The notes under the pieces were generated by a model. That model was not told where the DNA came from. It worked only from the letters and a program-made list of their open reading frames with translations, and made no database searches. This document shows, piece after piece, positions 1 through 9,280 of a DNA stretch of 64,000 nt; within the stretch, counting starts at the first letter, position 1; each line of letters opens with the position of its first letter. Source of the DNA: Erythrobacteraceae bacterium (GTDB lineage: Bacteria > Pseudomonadota > Alphaproteobacteria > Sphingomonadales > Sphingomonadaceae); assembly GCA_027489095.1 (NCBI GenBank), contig JAIYAL010000042.1:8153-72152 (forward strand), in the 5' to 3' direction. A program made the position numbers and the translations under genes.

Positions 1-405
1 AAGCGGCTGGAACTGCTCCTTGGTGCCGCATTGTGCGAGGCCGGCGATCACCACGTCATAGGGGTTGAGGAACACCTCGCGCTGCTCGAAGCTGACCACG
101 CCGCTGGCGACATACTTGCTCTTGAGGGGCTCCTTGCCGGTCTTCGCAAAGTCCGCGCAGTGCGAACAGGTGTGCGAGGCATATTCGACAAGCTTGAGCG
201 GCGCGTCGGGGTTGCCGACCCGGTAGCCGCCCTCGGGGGTGACGGTGACGGTATCGGCCCAGCTCGCGCCCGCCGGTGCGGCGATCGCAGGGAGCGCTTC
301 TCCCTTGGCGACGCTGCCGTCCGGCGTGGCTTCATCGCCGCAGGCCACGAGCAGCAGCGGGGCGAGCGCGATCAGGGGAAGCGAGAGCAGGCGAGTCGCG
401 GTCAT
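1..405 (-). CDS. DsbA-family (thioredoxin-fold) lipoprotein, 3' end runs off the window
   Basis: Read manually because it is absent from the ORF track: MTATRLLSLPLIALAPLLLVACGD (lipobox) ... GNPDAPLKLVEYASHTCSHCADF (CxxC). Open to position 1. Confidence 0.85.
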   Translation of the reverse strand, partial: MTATRLLSLPLIALAPLLLVACGDEATPDGSVAKGEALPAIAAPAGASWADTVTVTPEGGYRVGNPDAPLKLVEYASHTCSHCADFAKTGKEPLKSKYVASGVVSFEQREVFLNPYDVVIAGLAQCGTKEQFQPL

Positions 406-502
406 CGGGTCATCATCCTCGGGAATTGGGAGCGTAGGAGATAGCCGCTCGCGGTGCCTTGCAGCAAGCGCGCGCACGCGGGGCTGTGAAAAACTCAGGC
501 AA

Positions 503-1267
503 TCAGCCTTTCGCCTCGGTAAAGCGGGCGGAGAGCACCGGGTAAAGTGTTTCCCAGCCATGGACATTCTCTATCAGCTTGCCGTCGAGCGCGAAGCTGG
601 GGGTGCTGGCGATGCCGAACTCGGATAAGTCGGCCTTGGCGATGTCGCGCAGCTTCCTTGCGGCGCCTTCGTTTGCAAGGCAGGCGTCAAGTTCGGAGCG
701 CGACTGGCCGCGGCTTGTCAGCATCGCGGTAAGGCCAAGCGCGCTCGCGGCGTTCATCCGCGCAGGCCGGTCGGCGCGCTCCCAGATCGCCCTCTGGCTC
801 GCCGGAGCCGCGCGCGCCTTGCCGAGCCACTGGCCTTGCGCGAGCATCAGCGCCTGATGGCGGGACTTGAACCCGGCCGGATCGCCGCACTGGGCAAGAA
901 GGGTCACTGTGACGTCGAGCCCATTGCGGATCTGCGGGCGCACCTCAAGGTTCATGGTGCCGGGCGCCAGCAGCACAAGATCGAGCGCCGGTTCGCCGCG
1001 CGTGGCGAATTCGGCGCAATGCGGGCAGGTGTAGCTGATGAATTCGATCAGCCGCGCCTTGGCTTCAGGATTGCCGATCAGGTGGCCGCGCGCGGTGCGG
1101 GTGATGGTGGCCTGCCACTTGCCCGGCTTGCCTTGCGGGCCGAAGGTGCTGCCGGGGCGCGAAAGATCCTCGGCGGGCTTCTGTTGCTGCTGCTTCGGCT
1201 GAGCGGTGGCGGCGCCGGTCGCAAGGGCGAACGCGGCGGCCGCCAGCAGGAGCGGCCTCAGCGTCAC
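503..1267 (-). CDS. DsbA-family thioredoxin-domain protein
   Basis: Signal peptide, then GNPEAKARLIEFISYTCPHC and a TPSF cis-Pro loop. The GTG start overlaps the upstream stop (GTGA). Confidence 0.85.
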   Translation of the reverse strand: MTLRPLLLAAAAFALATGAATAQPKQQQQKPAEDLSRPGSTFGPQGKPGKWQATITRTARGHLIGNPEAKARLIEFISYTCPHCAEFATRGEPALDLVLLAPGTMNLEVRPQIRNGLDVTVTLLAQCGDPAGFKSRHQALMLAQGQWLGKARAAPASQRAIWERADRPARMNAASALGLTAMLTSRGQSRSELDACLANEGAARKLRDIAKADLSEFGIASTPSFALDGKLIENVHGWETLYPVLSARFTEAKG

Positions 1268-1836
1268 TGTTCGTCGTCCGATCCGGGCGGCGTCTCGTTC
1301 GCCGTCAGGCTGCGCGCAAGGGATTCGAGCACGGTACGCAATTCGGGATCGCCGATATCGCGCAAGCTGTCGCCCAGTTCGAGCGGGATCGGCCTCAGCG
1401 AGGGCGGAGGCTTGGCCGGCTTGTCGACAACTGGCGGCGTGACCGCGCCCTGCCGCAGCTTCACCCGGGCGACCGCGCGGTAGCCGAAGAAGCGGTTCAC
1501 CCGATCGATGATTTCGGGGATCACCTGTTCGATCAGCGGGGCATGGGCGGGGAGGACCACCAGCTGGAGAATCCCCTCGGCCTTTTCGCCCGGCGGGAAG
1601 CGGATCGCCTCTGGGCTGCACACGCGGGCATGGGTCGCACCGACGATCTCGGGCCAGCGGGTGACGACCGAGCTTTGCACGAAGCCGAAGCGGCGGAAGG
1701 CGGTGCGGCCAATTTCGGGCATGAGATCGCCGATCGCGCGGGCGCCTTTACCACGCGGGCGGGTATAGGGTTTGGGAGCGCCCTTGCGGCCAACCGCTGC
1801 GCTGCTTGGGGCCGGAGGTTTCTTGTCGCTTCCCAT
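1264..1836 (-). CDS. dciA: DUF721/DciA-family protein (putative replicative helicase loader)
   Basis: RFGFVQSSVVTRWPEIVG and IIDRVNRFFGYRAVARVKLRQG; occupies the usual position between mutY and dsbA in alphaproteobacteria. Confidence 0.75.
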   Translation of the reverse strand: MGSDKKPPAPSSAAVGRKGAPKPYTRPRGKGARAIGDLMPEIGRTAFRRFGFVQSSVVTRWPEIVGATHARVCSPEAIRFPPGEKAEGILQLVVLPAHAPLIEQVIPEIIDRVNRFFGYRAVARVKLRQGAVTPPVVDKPAKPPPSLRPIPLELGDSLRDIGDPELRTVLESLARSLTANETPPGSDDEQ

Positions 1837-1865
1837 GTGTCCGCTCGCCATGCCATAGGCCGCCC

Positions 1866-2918
1866 GTGACCGCCAGCATCTCCGCCTCGCTGCTCGCATG
1901 GTATGACAGGCACGCGCGCGACCTGCCGTGGCGCGCGGCGCCCGCAAGCGCGCTGCCGGACGATCCTGAATGGCCCTACCGCGTGTGGCTGTCCGAGGTG
2001 ATGCTCCAGCAGACCACGGTGGCGGCGGTGAAACCCTACTTTGCCAAGTTCACCGCGCTGTGGCCGAGCGTCGCCGCGCTGGCCGCCGCGAGCGATGACG
2101 ACGTCATGGCGGCATGGGCGGGGCTGGGCTACTATTCGCGCGCCCGCAACCTCGTGAAATGCGCGCGCGCGGTGGCGGCAAGGGGCGGCTTTCCCGATAG
2201 CGAGGCGGAGCTGCGGGGGCTCCCCGGCCTTGGCGACTACACCGCCGCCGCCGTCGCCGCGATCGCCTTTGGTCAGCGCGCCGTGGTGGTCGATGCCAAT
2301 GTCGAGCGGGTGGTGGCGCGGCTGTTCGCGATTGCCGAGCCGCTGCCGCAGGCGAGGAAAGCAATCCGCGCTGCCGCCGATACGATCACGCCCGACGCGC
2401 GCTCAGGCGACTTTGCGCAGGCGATGATGGATCTGGGCTCGCATATCTGCATCACCCGGAGCCCGCGCTGCCTGCTCTGCCCGCTCTCCGAGGCCTGCGA
2501 AGGACGCAAGTCGGGCGAGCCTGAACGCCTGCCGGTCAAGCCGCCCAAGAAGGCGGTGCCTGAGAGGCGCGGCACGGCTTTCTGGATCACCCGCGCCAAT
2601 GCCAAGGGGCGCGGGGCCGAGGTGTGGCTTGTTACCCGTCCCGGCGAGGGGATGCTCGGCGGGATGCGCGCGCTGCCAGACGATGGCTGGACGGCGCGTG
2701 CCGATGGGTCGGGCGAAGCGCCATTCACAGGCGCATGGCGCAGCTGCGGCGCGGTGCGGCACGGCTTTACCCATGCCCATCTGACGCTGGAAGTGCGGGC
2801 GATCGAAACCGATGTGCAGCCCGAAGGCGCGGGTGCATGGTGGCCGGTGGCGCGGATCGGCGAGGCGGGCCTTGCGACGCTTTTCGCCAAGGCCGCCAGT
2901 CTGGTGCTCGCAGCTTAG
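1866..2918 (+). CDS. mutY: A/G-specific adenine glycosylase
   Basis: YRVWLSEVMLQQT, GLGYYSRARNL, HhH LPGLGDYTA, and the Fe-S motif CITRSPRCLLCPLSEAC. Confidence 0.97.
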   Translation: MTASISASLLAWYDRHARDLPWRAAPASALPDDPEWPYRVWLSEVMLQQTTVAAVKPYFAKFTALWPSVAALAAASDDDVMAAWAGLGYYSRARNLVKCARAVAARGGFPDSEAELRGLPGLGDYTAAAVAAIAFGQRAVVVDANVERVVARLFAIAEPLPQARKAIRAAADTITPDARSGDFAQAMMDLGSHICITRSPRCLLCPLSEACEGRKSGEPERLPVKPPKKAVPERRGTAFWITRANAKGRGAEVWLVTRPGEGMLGGMRALPDDGWTARADGSGEAPFTGAWRSCGAVRHGFTHAHLTLEVRAIETDVQPEGAGAWWPVARIGEAGLATLFAKAASLVLAA

Positions 2919-3136
2919 AAGATGCCGCCGCCCAGCGTCAGCCTTACGCCCGCGATCAGCAGCACGATCAGGCAGAAGTTGCGCCCCCCGTCCTTCGACG
3001 ACAGCGCGCCGAGGATGATGCCGACGACAATCAGCGGCAGAGCGATCCAGTTGGCCCAGCCGAGCAGCGGGATCTGCGCCGGGATGACGATGACGAGGCT
3101 GATGAGGCCGACGAGATAGGCAAGGGCGTTGAGCAT
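2915..3136 (-). CDS. Small hydrophobic membrane protein (73 aa)
   Basis: MLNALAYLVGLISLVIVIPAQIPLLGWANW...; about 3 hydrophobic segments, convergent on mutY. Confidence 0.7.
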   Translation of the reverse strand: MLNALAYLVGLISLVIVIPAQIPLLGWANWIALPLIVVGIILGALSSKDGGRNFCLIVLLIAGVRLTLGGGIF

Positions 3137-3266
3137 GTGTCCTATATAAGTAACACACCCGCGCCATGCAAGATGCCTTGCGCCCGCATGATTGACCCAC
3201 CCAATTGACCAGAGGGGCGGCCTGCCGCAGACATGGCCGCGCACACCGACCGGAGATTCTTCCCCC

Positions 3267-4601
3267 ATGCCTTTCGAGCTGCCTTTCGAAACCCTCGCCT
3301 CGCCTGCCCTTTCGCGTCGTTCGCTGCTGCGCGGCAGCGCGCTGCTCGCTGGCGGCGCGGCGCTGAGCGGCCTCCCGTTCGGCCGCGCGGTCTTCGCCCA
3401 TGACGTTGCCGAGAGCTGGCCCGCGGCGGCGGCGATGGCCGACAAGTACGTTTCGAGCCGCAAGCTTGCCAACCTGCTGCTGACCTTCGGCTGGGGGCAG
3501 GACGACATGGCCCATACCGTCGGCGGCGGGACGCTGTCGCTCGCCAAGCCCACCCCGGTCGACGAGAACTCGCTCTACCGTATCTACTCAATGACAAAGC
3601 CGATCACCGGCATGGCGACGATGATCCTGATCGACGAGGGCAAGCTCGGCCTCGACCAGCCGGTTCACGAGATCCTGCCTGCCTTCCGCAACATGCGGGT
3701 GCTGATTAATCCCGAAGGCCCGCTGGACGAGACGGTGCCGGCCAACCAGCCGATCACCATCCGCCAGCTGCTCACCCACACCGCGGGCATTGGCTACCAG
3801 ATCGTCAGCAAGGGGCCGCTGCTGAAGGCCTATAATGATGCAGGGATTGTCGGCGGACGGGTGAGCCGGATGCCGATCCCCGGATTCCCGCCGGTCACGC
3901 CTGCACCCAGCCTCGCGGAATGGGCCGATCGTCTGGCAGAACTGCCGCTGATGTACCAGCCGGCGACGAAGTGGAGCTATTCGGCCTCGATCGACCTTCT
4001 CGGCCGGGTGATCGAAGTGGTGAGCGGAATGGGCTTTGAGGCCTTCCTCAAGAAGCGCATCTTCGACCCCTGCGGCATGACCAGCACCTGGATGCAGGTC
4101 CCCGCCAGCGAGGCCTATCGCCTCACCGACAACTACGGCATCGTCAAGGGCAACGCCTTCCCGCTCGATCCGGGGGCAAACTCGATCTATCTCGACGCCC
4201 CCGAAGTGCCCTCGGGCGGCGGCGGGCTGGTGTCGAGCCCCAAGGATTACGACCGCTTCCTCAGGATGCTGCTCGGCTATGGTCGGATCGACGGCAAGTT
4301 CGTGATGAGCGAGGAGGCCGTCAGGGTCGGCACGTCCAACCTCATGCCCGCCACGGTCGATACCAAGGGCAGCTGGATTGCGGGCGAGGGCCACGGCGCG
4401 GGCGGCCGCTCCAAGGGCGCGACCTTTGGCTGGGGCGGCGCGGCAGGCACGCTCGGCGCGGTCGATTTCGATCTGAAACTGCGCACCGGGCTGTGGACCC
4501 AGTACATGCCTTCGGAAGCCTACCTGATCCGCGATGAATTCCTCGCCGCGCTGGACAGTGACCTTGCCACGATGCGCGCTGCAAAGAAGAAGGCGGCCTG
4601 A
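3267..4601 (+). CDS. Serine hydrolase, beta-lactamase/esterase family, Tat-exported
   Basis: Twin-arginine signal SRRSLL, SxxK motif (YSMTK), LLTHTAG and WSYS. Confidence 0.9.
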   Translation: MPFELPFETLASPALSRRSLLRGSALLAGGAALSGLPFGRAVFAHDVAESWPAAAAMADKYVSSRKLANLLLTFGWGQDDMAHTVGGGTLSLAKPTPVDENSLYRIYSMTKPITGMATMILIDEGKLGLDQPVHEILPAFRNMRVLINPEGPLDETVPANQPITIRQLLTHTAGIGYQIVSKGPLLKAYNDAGIVGGRVSRMPIPGFPPVTPAPSLAEWADRLAELPLMYQPATKWSYSASIDLLGRVIEVVSGMGFEAFLKKRIFDPCGMTSTWMQVPASEAYRLTDNYGIVKGNAFPLDPGANSIYLDAPEVPSGGGGLVSSPKDYDRFLRMLLGYGRIDGKFVMSEEAVRVGTSNLMPATVDTKGSWIAGEGHGAGGRSKGATFGWGGAAGTLGAVDFDLKLRTGLWTQYMPSEAYLIRDEFLAALDSDLATMRAAKKKAA

Positions 4602-5497
4602 TGCACGCGCCTGCGGCATCCGCCCCGCCGATGGCCTTTGCGGGCTCGCCGCTCGACCGGGCCGACCATATCCGCACCGACGATGCGGCGCTGGCCGGCC
4701 TGATGAACTGGCGCGCGAAGGTGCTGCTGCTCGACGGGCTGTTGCCGGGAGTGGACGAGCAGGGCGGACTGGTCTGGGGGAGCCTTGCCGATGTGCCCGA
4801 GACCGCCGAGCTGGTGTTCCTCGGGATGATCGACGGCAAAGCGCATTTTGCACCCGTGCCGGGGGAAGGCGCCGAAGGCCCGGCCTATGCCATGCCGAGG
4901 GCGTGGCAGCTGATGACCCAGCTCTCTCCGCCTGATCTCGCGATCTATGGCGGGGCGCGCAGCCTTGCCGACTGGCACGCACGCCACCGCTTCTGCGCGC
5001 GTTGCGGCGGGGCGACGAAACTCGTCAAGGGCGGCTGGCAGCGGCATTGCGATGCTTGCGGCGCAGACCACTTCCCGCGCACCGATCCGGTGACGATCAT
5101 GCTGGTCGAGCATGAGGACAAGCTGCTGCTCGGCCGCCAGCCGCGCTTCCCGCCCAAGATGTATTCGGCGCTCGCCGGTTTCGTTGAACCGGGCGAGACC
5201 ATCGAGGAAGCGGTCGCGCGCGAAATCCACGAGGAAGCGGGCGTGCACGTGCGCGATGTGAAGTACATCGCCAGCCAGCCCTGGCCCTTCCCGAGCCAGC
5301 TGATGATCGGCTGCACATCGGTTGCGGATGATCCCGAACTCACCATCGACACCACCGAATTGGAAGACGCGCGCTGGTTCACCCGCGCCGAACTGGAAGA
5401 GGCACGCGCGGCGGGCGAGGCGGGGACCGACCTCCTCTACTTCCCGCGCCCCTTCGCGATTGCGCATCACCTCGTGGCATGGTGGCTCGACAAATGA
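4601..5497 (+). CDS. nudC: NAD(+) diphosphatase (Nudix)
   Basis: Zn finger CARCG...CDACG, Nudix box GFVEPGETIEEAVAREIHEEAG, and SQPWPFPS. Confidence 0.95.
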   Translation: MHAPAASAPPMAFAGSPLDRADHIRTDDAALAGLMNWRAKVLLLDGLLPGVDEQGGLVWGSLADVPETAELVFLGMIDGKAHFAPVPGEGAEGPAYAMPRAWQLMTQLSPPDLAIYGGARSLADWHARHRFCARCGGATKLVKGGWQRHCDACGADHFPRTDPVTIMLVEHEDKLLLGRQPRFPPKMYSALAGFVEPGETIEEAVAREIHEEAGVHVRDVKYIASQPWPFPSQLMIGCTSVADDPELTIDTTELEDARWFTRAELEEARAAGEAGTDLLYFPRPFAIAHHLVAWWLDK

Positions 5498-6183
5498 CCC
5501 AGGCTCTTACCATCGACATCTATTCCGATGTCATGTGCCCGTGGTGCCTGATCGGCTATGGTCAGCTGACCAAGGCGCTGGCGCAGCTTGAAGGCGAGAT
5601 CGCGGCGGAGATCCGCTGGCGGCCGTTCGAGCTGAACCCCGACATGCCTGCGCAAGGTGAGGAGCAGGAGGCGCATCTCCAGCGCAAATACCGCCGCCCC
5701 GCCGAAGAAGGCGCTGCCTTGCGCGGGCAGATGAAGGCCATCGCGGAAGGCGCGGGCGTGTCGCTCTCCTACGAGGGAGAGGGCGAGGCCCCGCCGGCGA
5801 TGATGTGGAACACCCGCGACTGCCACAAGCTGCTGACCTTCGCGCTCGAACAGGCCGGGCCAAAGGCGCAGACCGCGCTGAAACTCGCGCTGTTCCGCGC
5901 CCATTTCAACGAGCGCCGGAACCTTTCCGATCAGGGCGTGCTGCTCGACATCGCGGCCTCGGTCGGCCTTCACCGCGCGGCGGCGAAAGCGGCGCTGGAC
6001 GATCCTGACATCGAAGCCCGCGTCCTCGCCGAAGAGGCACAGGCATGGGACATGAACATCTCGGGCGTGCCTGCGATGATCGTTGAAGGCAAGTTCCTGA
6101 TCCCCGGCGCACAGGCCCCCGAGGTTTATGTCAACGCCCTGCGCCGCGTGGCCGAGAAGACGCGGGCGGCGGCGTCGGGGTAG
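5494..6183 (+). CDS. DsbA/FrnE-family oxidoreductase
   Basis: IDIYSDVMCPWC, WRPFELNP and ISGVP; ATGA overlap with nudC. Confidence 0.9.
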   Translation: MTQALTIDIYSDVMCPWCLIGYGQLTKALAQLEGEIAAEIRWRPFELNPDMPAQGEEQEAHLQRKYRRPAEEGAALRGQMKAIAEGAGVSLSYEGEGEAPPAMMWNTRDCHKLLTFALEQAGPKAQTALKLALFRAHFNERRNLSDQGVLLDIAASVGLHRAAAKAALDDPDIEARVLAEEAQAWDMNISGVPAMIVEGKFLIPGAQAPEVYVNALRRVAEKTRAAASG

Positions 6184-6187
6184 GGCG

Positions 6188-6580
6188 CTAAACCAGCCCC
6201 AACCGCTCCAGCTTCATGGCGAGCTTGCCGGGCAGCGCATCGCCGATATCCTCGCCGTCCGCCACATCCTTGGGGGCTTTCTCGTCCGTGAGATAGCGCC
6301 AGCCCTGGTGTGCGCGCTTGGGGATCTGGTGGACGCGGATCAGCTTGGGTTCGAGCACGATGTCCCAGCGCCCGTCCTCGGTTTTCTCGAAGCCGAGGAT
6401 CGCCGAGCGCGCAACGATCGCGTGGTTGATGATCCAGAACAGCGATCCGCCGATGCATTCCGCGTGCCGCGTTGGCCGGTTGCGGGTGGTGAGGCAGATG
6501 CCCCCGCGCCCTTCATACCATCCGGCCAATTGGTCATAGGTCTTCGCCCCGAAGGCGATCTTGGTCAGGTGAAGCGGCAT
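6188..6580 (-). CDS. DUF1489-family protein
   Basis: MPLHLTKIAFG, GGSLFWII and PKRAHQGWRYL. Confidence 0.85.
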   Translation of the reverse strand: MPLHLTKIAFGAKTYDQLAGWYEGRGGICLTTRNRPTRHAECIGGSLFWIINHAIVARSAILGFEKTEDGRWDIVLEPKLIRVHQIPKRAHQGWRYLTDEKAPKDVADGEDIGDALPGKLAMKLERLGLV

Positions 6581-6611
6581 GGGGATGCTGTCCCGCGCCG
6601 CGCTCGGCAAG

Positions 6612-7982
6612 TCAACGGCTGAGATACTCGTCGAGCGTCAGGTGGAGCTGCCGGATGCGCGCTTCCTGATAATTGCCGAGTGTCTGGGCCCCTTTGCGCG
6701 AAGCCTTGGCCCCGTCGCGCTGCAATTTCAGGTTCTCGGTATCCTGATCGAGGATTTCCGCCAGCGCGAAGCCGGGGACGGTGGTGTAGCTGTCCTCCAC
6801 CCCGAGCCGGATCGGGGTGGCGGGGGCGGGGCGCTCTCCGCTGGCAGGCAGAGGTTGCAGCACGAGGATTTCGTGCAGGCACTCGTCCGGCCCCAGCGGG
6901 CGGAAGCGGTAGCACAGGCGGATGTTGATGCCGGGGAAGAAGAAGGCGTTGGGGAAGAGGAAGTACTCGATGGAGTCCATCATCTCGGTGGTCGAAACGC
7001 CCGAAAGATCCGTGCCGAAGGCGCTGCCCAGTTCCTCGCGCAGCAGCCGCGCGTGTTCGGCGCGGGCGCTGGCGCCTTCGGGCAGGTCGGCGGGCTCGCG
7101 GCCGAGCTTGGCGAACAAGGTGGCCTCGCTCACCTCCTGCCGAAGGTGCGGGCTGGGCACGCCGACCGCGTGGATAAAGCGCGACACGTGGGCACCGAAG
7201 ATGTCGTATTGCGCGTTGGCGTCGGCGGCGGTGTAGACCGCCTGCGCGTGGGTTTCGAGCACGTGCCAAGCCTCAAGAAAGGCCTCCATCGCCATCTTCC
7301 AGTTGGCGGGCAGCACCTTTTCGGTGTGGAGCGCCACGTAACGATCGTGCATCGGCCAGAGCTTGAAATGCTCCGGCATGACTTCAAGCTGATCGGCCAG
7401 CGGCGGGGGGTTTTCGCCCATGTGGATGAAGACAAACCCGCCCCACGTGTCACAGGCGACTTCGTCGAGGCCGAAATTCTCCTCGCTCACGTGAGGGAAG
7501 TCCCAGCGGCAGGGCACTTCGCGCAAAGTCCCGTCGAGGTTCCAGCTCATCCCGTGGAAGGGGCAACGGATGTTCGCGCGCAGCACGCCCCTTGAGCCTT
7601 CCGAGGCAAACTTCATCCCCCGGTGCGGGCAGGAATTGACGAAGGCGCGGATCTGATGGTCGGCGCCGCGCACCACCAGCACGGAATGATGGCCGACGTC
7701 ATAGACATAGCGATCACCGGGATCGGGGATATGCTCCTCGCGGCAGGCCCATTGCCACACGTTGGGCCACAGGCGCTCCATCTCCAGATCGTGAAACGCC
7801 GGATCGGTGTAGCGCGCGAAGGGCAGGTCTGCATCGCCGAGGAAGCTATAGGCCTGTGTCCGCATCGCGGCGGGGGGATTGTCCCCGTCCGCATCGAGGA
7901 TGTCCTGCATCGACGGCCCCGGGCAACGTGCCTCTCCGGGGGCGAGGGCCGGGTCGGAGGGGGCGGTGAGATCGGGTTTCAT
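6612..7982 (-). CDS. Rieske aromatic ring-hydroxylating oxygenase, alpha subunit
   Basis: Rieske ligands CPHRG...CPFHGM, and NWKMAMEAFLEAWHVLETH (mononuclear Fe site). Confidence 0.92.
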   Translation of the reverse strand: MKPDLTAPSDPALAPGEARCPGPSMQDILDADGDNPPAAMRTQAYSFLGDADLPFARYTDPAFHDLEMERLWPNVWQWACREEHIPDPGDRYVYDVGHHSVLVVRGADHQIRAFVNSCPHRGMKFASEGSRGVLRANIRCPFHGMSWNLDGTLREVPCRWDFPHVSEENFGLDEVACDTWGGFVFIHMGENPPPLADQLEVMPEHFKLWPMHDRYVALHTEKVLPANWKMAMEAFLEAWHVLETHAQAVYTAADANAQYDIFGAHVSRFIHAVGVPSPHLRQEVSEATLFAKLGREPADLPEGASARAEHARLLREELGSAFGTDLSGVSTTEMMDSIEYFLFPNAFFFPGINIRLCYRFRPLGPDECLHEILVLQPLPASGERPAPATPIRLGVEDSYTTVPGFALAEILDQDTENLKLQRDGAKASRKGAQTLGNYQEARIRQLHLTLDEYLSR

Positions 7983-8491
7983 GGTGTGGCTCCCATCGCT
8001 GCGCGGTCATAGAGCGGATCGGCAGGCTTCCTCGCGCCGATGATAAAGGGCGCAGCTCCCAGCATCGCATCCGATGCCGGATCGTCGCGCAGCCAATCGA
8101 CCAGTTCGGAGCGGTAGGCGATCTTCCACACATCGCCGCGCCGCTCGTAGCGGTCGACATAGCGGCCCGCGATGAACAGGTCGCGCGGGGCGCCGCTCTC
8201 GTCCGGCACGCGGTGGTAGGCCTGGTAGTAGACCTCGCCATAGGCCTCGTCCTGCGAGGTAAAGTCGATCAGGTGCTGGCCGAGCATGTGGTGGTTGCGC
8301 ACGTGATCCTTCAGCGCCGCCATGCAGAACGCCGCAAACGCCTCAGGGCTGCCGCTGAAGATCCCGTATTCGCAACGGGCATCGGGCCAGAACTGCGCGG
8401 CGAGCAGATCGCCGTCGAGCCGGTCGAGCCCGCGCATATAATGTGCCGCGAGGTCGATAATCGCGAAGCGGTCGTCGGCGCGCGCCGTCAT
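7979..8491 (-). CDS. NTF2/SnoaL-like family protein
   Basis: AIIDLAAHYMRGLDRLD, HHMLG and GRYVDRYERRGDVWKIAYR; ATGA-coupled to both neighbours. Confidence 0.85.
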   Translation of the reverse strand: MTARADDRFAIIDLAAHYMRGLDRLDGDLLAAQFWPDARCEYGIFSGSPEAFAAFCMAALKDHVRNHHMLGQHLIDFTSQDEAYGEVYYQAYHRVPDESGAPRDLFIAGRYVDRYERRGDVWKIAYRSELVDWLRDDPASDAMLGAAPFIIGARKPADPLYDRAAMGATP

Positions 8492-9246
8492 GCGATGCTG
8501 AGGCCGCCGTCGACGATGAACGGCGCGCCGGTGGCGAACTTGCTCTCGTCGCTGGCGAGATAGACCACGAGGTGCGCGATATCGTCGACTTCGCCCATCC
8601 GCCCGATCGGCTGGGCGACGCTGAACGCCGCGCGGGTGGCTTCGGGATCGGGGGTGCCGGCGATGACGCTTTCCACGTTGGGGGTGAGGATCGTACCGGG
8701 CTGCACCGAATTGACCCGCACGCCGTTCTTCTCCCGCGCGCAGTAGAGCGCGATGCTCTTTGTCAGCGTCACCACCGCCGCCTTGGCGCTGTTGTAGGCG
8801 GCAAGGTCGGGTGAGACCTTGTTGCCTGCCGCGGACGAGAAGTTGACGATGGAGCCGCCGCCGGACTTCGCGATCAACGGGATCGCCGCCTTGCAGCCCA
8901 TGAAGATGGAATCGACATCGACCGTGTAGCAGCGCTTGAAATCCTCCGGCGAGATGTCCGCGATCGATCCGAACACGGTGATCGCGGCATTGTTGACCAG
9001 CACGTCGAGCCGGCCGTGCGACGCCTCGACCTCGGCGATCACTTCCTGCCAGCGCGCCCAATCGGTCACGTCCTGCGGCAAATAGCCGCAGCCCAGCTCG
9101 GCGGCCGTGGCGCGCCCTGCGGCCTCGTCGATATCGGTGATGATCACGGTCGCGCCCTCGGCCATCAGGGCCTTGGTCGCCGCCTTGCCCAGACCCATCG
9201 CGCCGCCTGTCAGCAGCACAACCTTGCCTGCCACACGTCCTGCCAT
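8488..9246 (-). CDS. SDR-family oxidoreductase
   Basis: TGGAMGLG, NNAA and YNSAK (YxxxK). Confidence 0.93.
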   Translation of the reverse strand: MAGRVAGKVVLLTGGAMGLGKAATKALMAEGATVIITDIDEAAGRATAAELGCGYLPQDVTDWARWQEVIAEVEASHGRLDVLVNNAAITVFGSIADISPEDFKRCYTVDVDSIFMGCKAAIPLIAKSGGGSIVNFSSAAGNKVSPDLAAYNSAKAAVVTLTKSIALYCAREKNGVRVNSVQPGTILTPNVESVIAGTPDPEATRAAFSVAQPIGRMGEVDDIAHLVVYLASDESKFATGAPFIVDGGLSIA

Positions 9247-9280
9247 CACTCTCTCCCATTATCGTTGGGGAGAGGAGCTA

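Noticed and set aside
7785-7800. parS half-sites (GTGAAAC) at about 7791, 32715 and 36721
   Set aside because: Only one arm matches, and all lie inside CDSs.
7979-9259. 426-aa ORF as a fused SDR-SnoaL protein
   Set aside because: Its N-terminal part is an alternate frame of the SDR; the SnoaL gene has its own ATG at 8491 overlapping the SDR stop.
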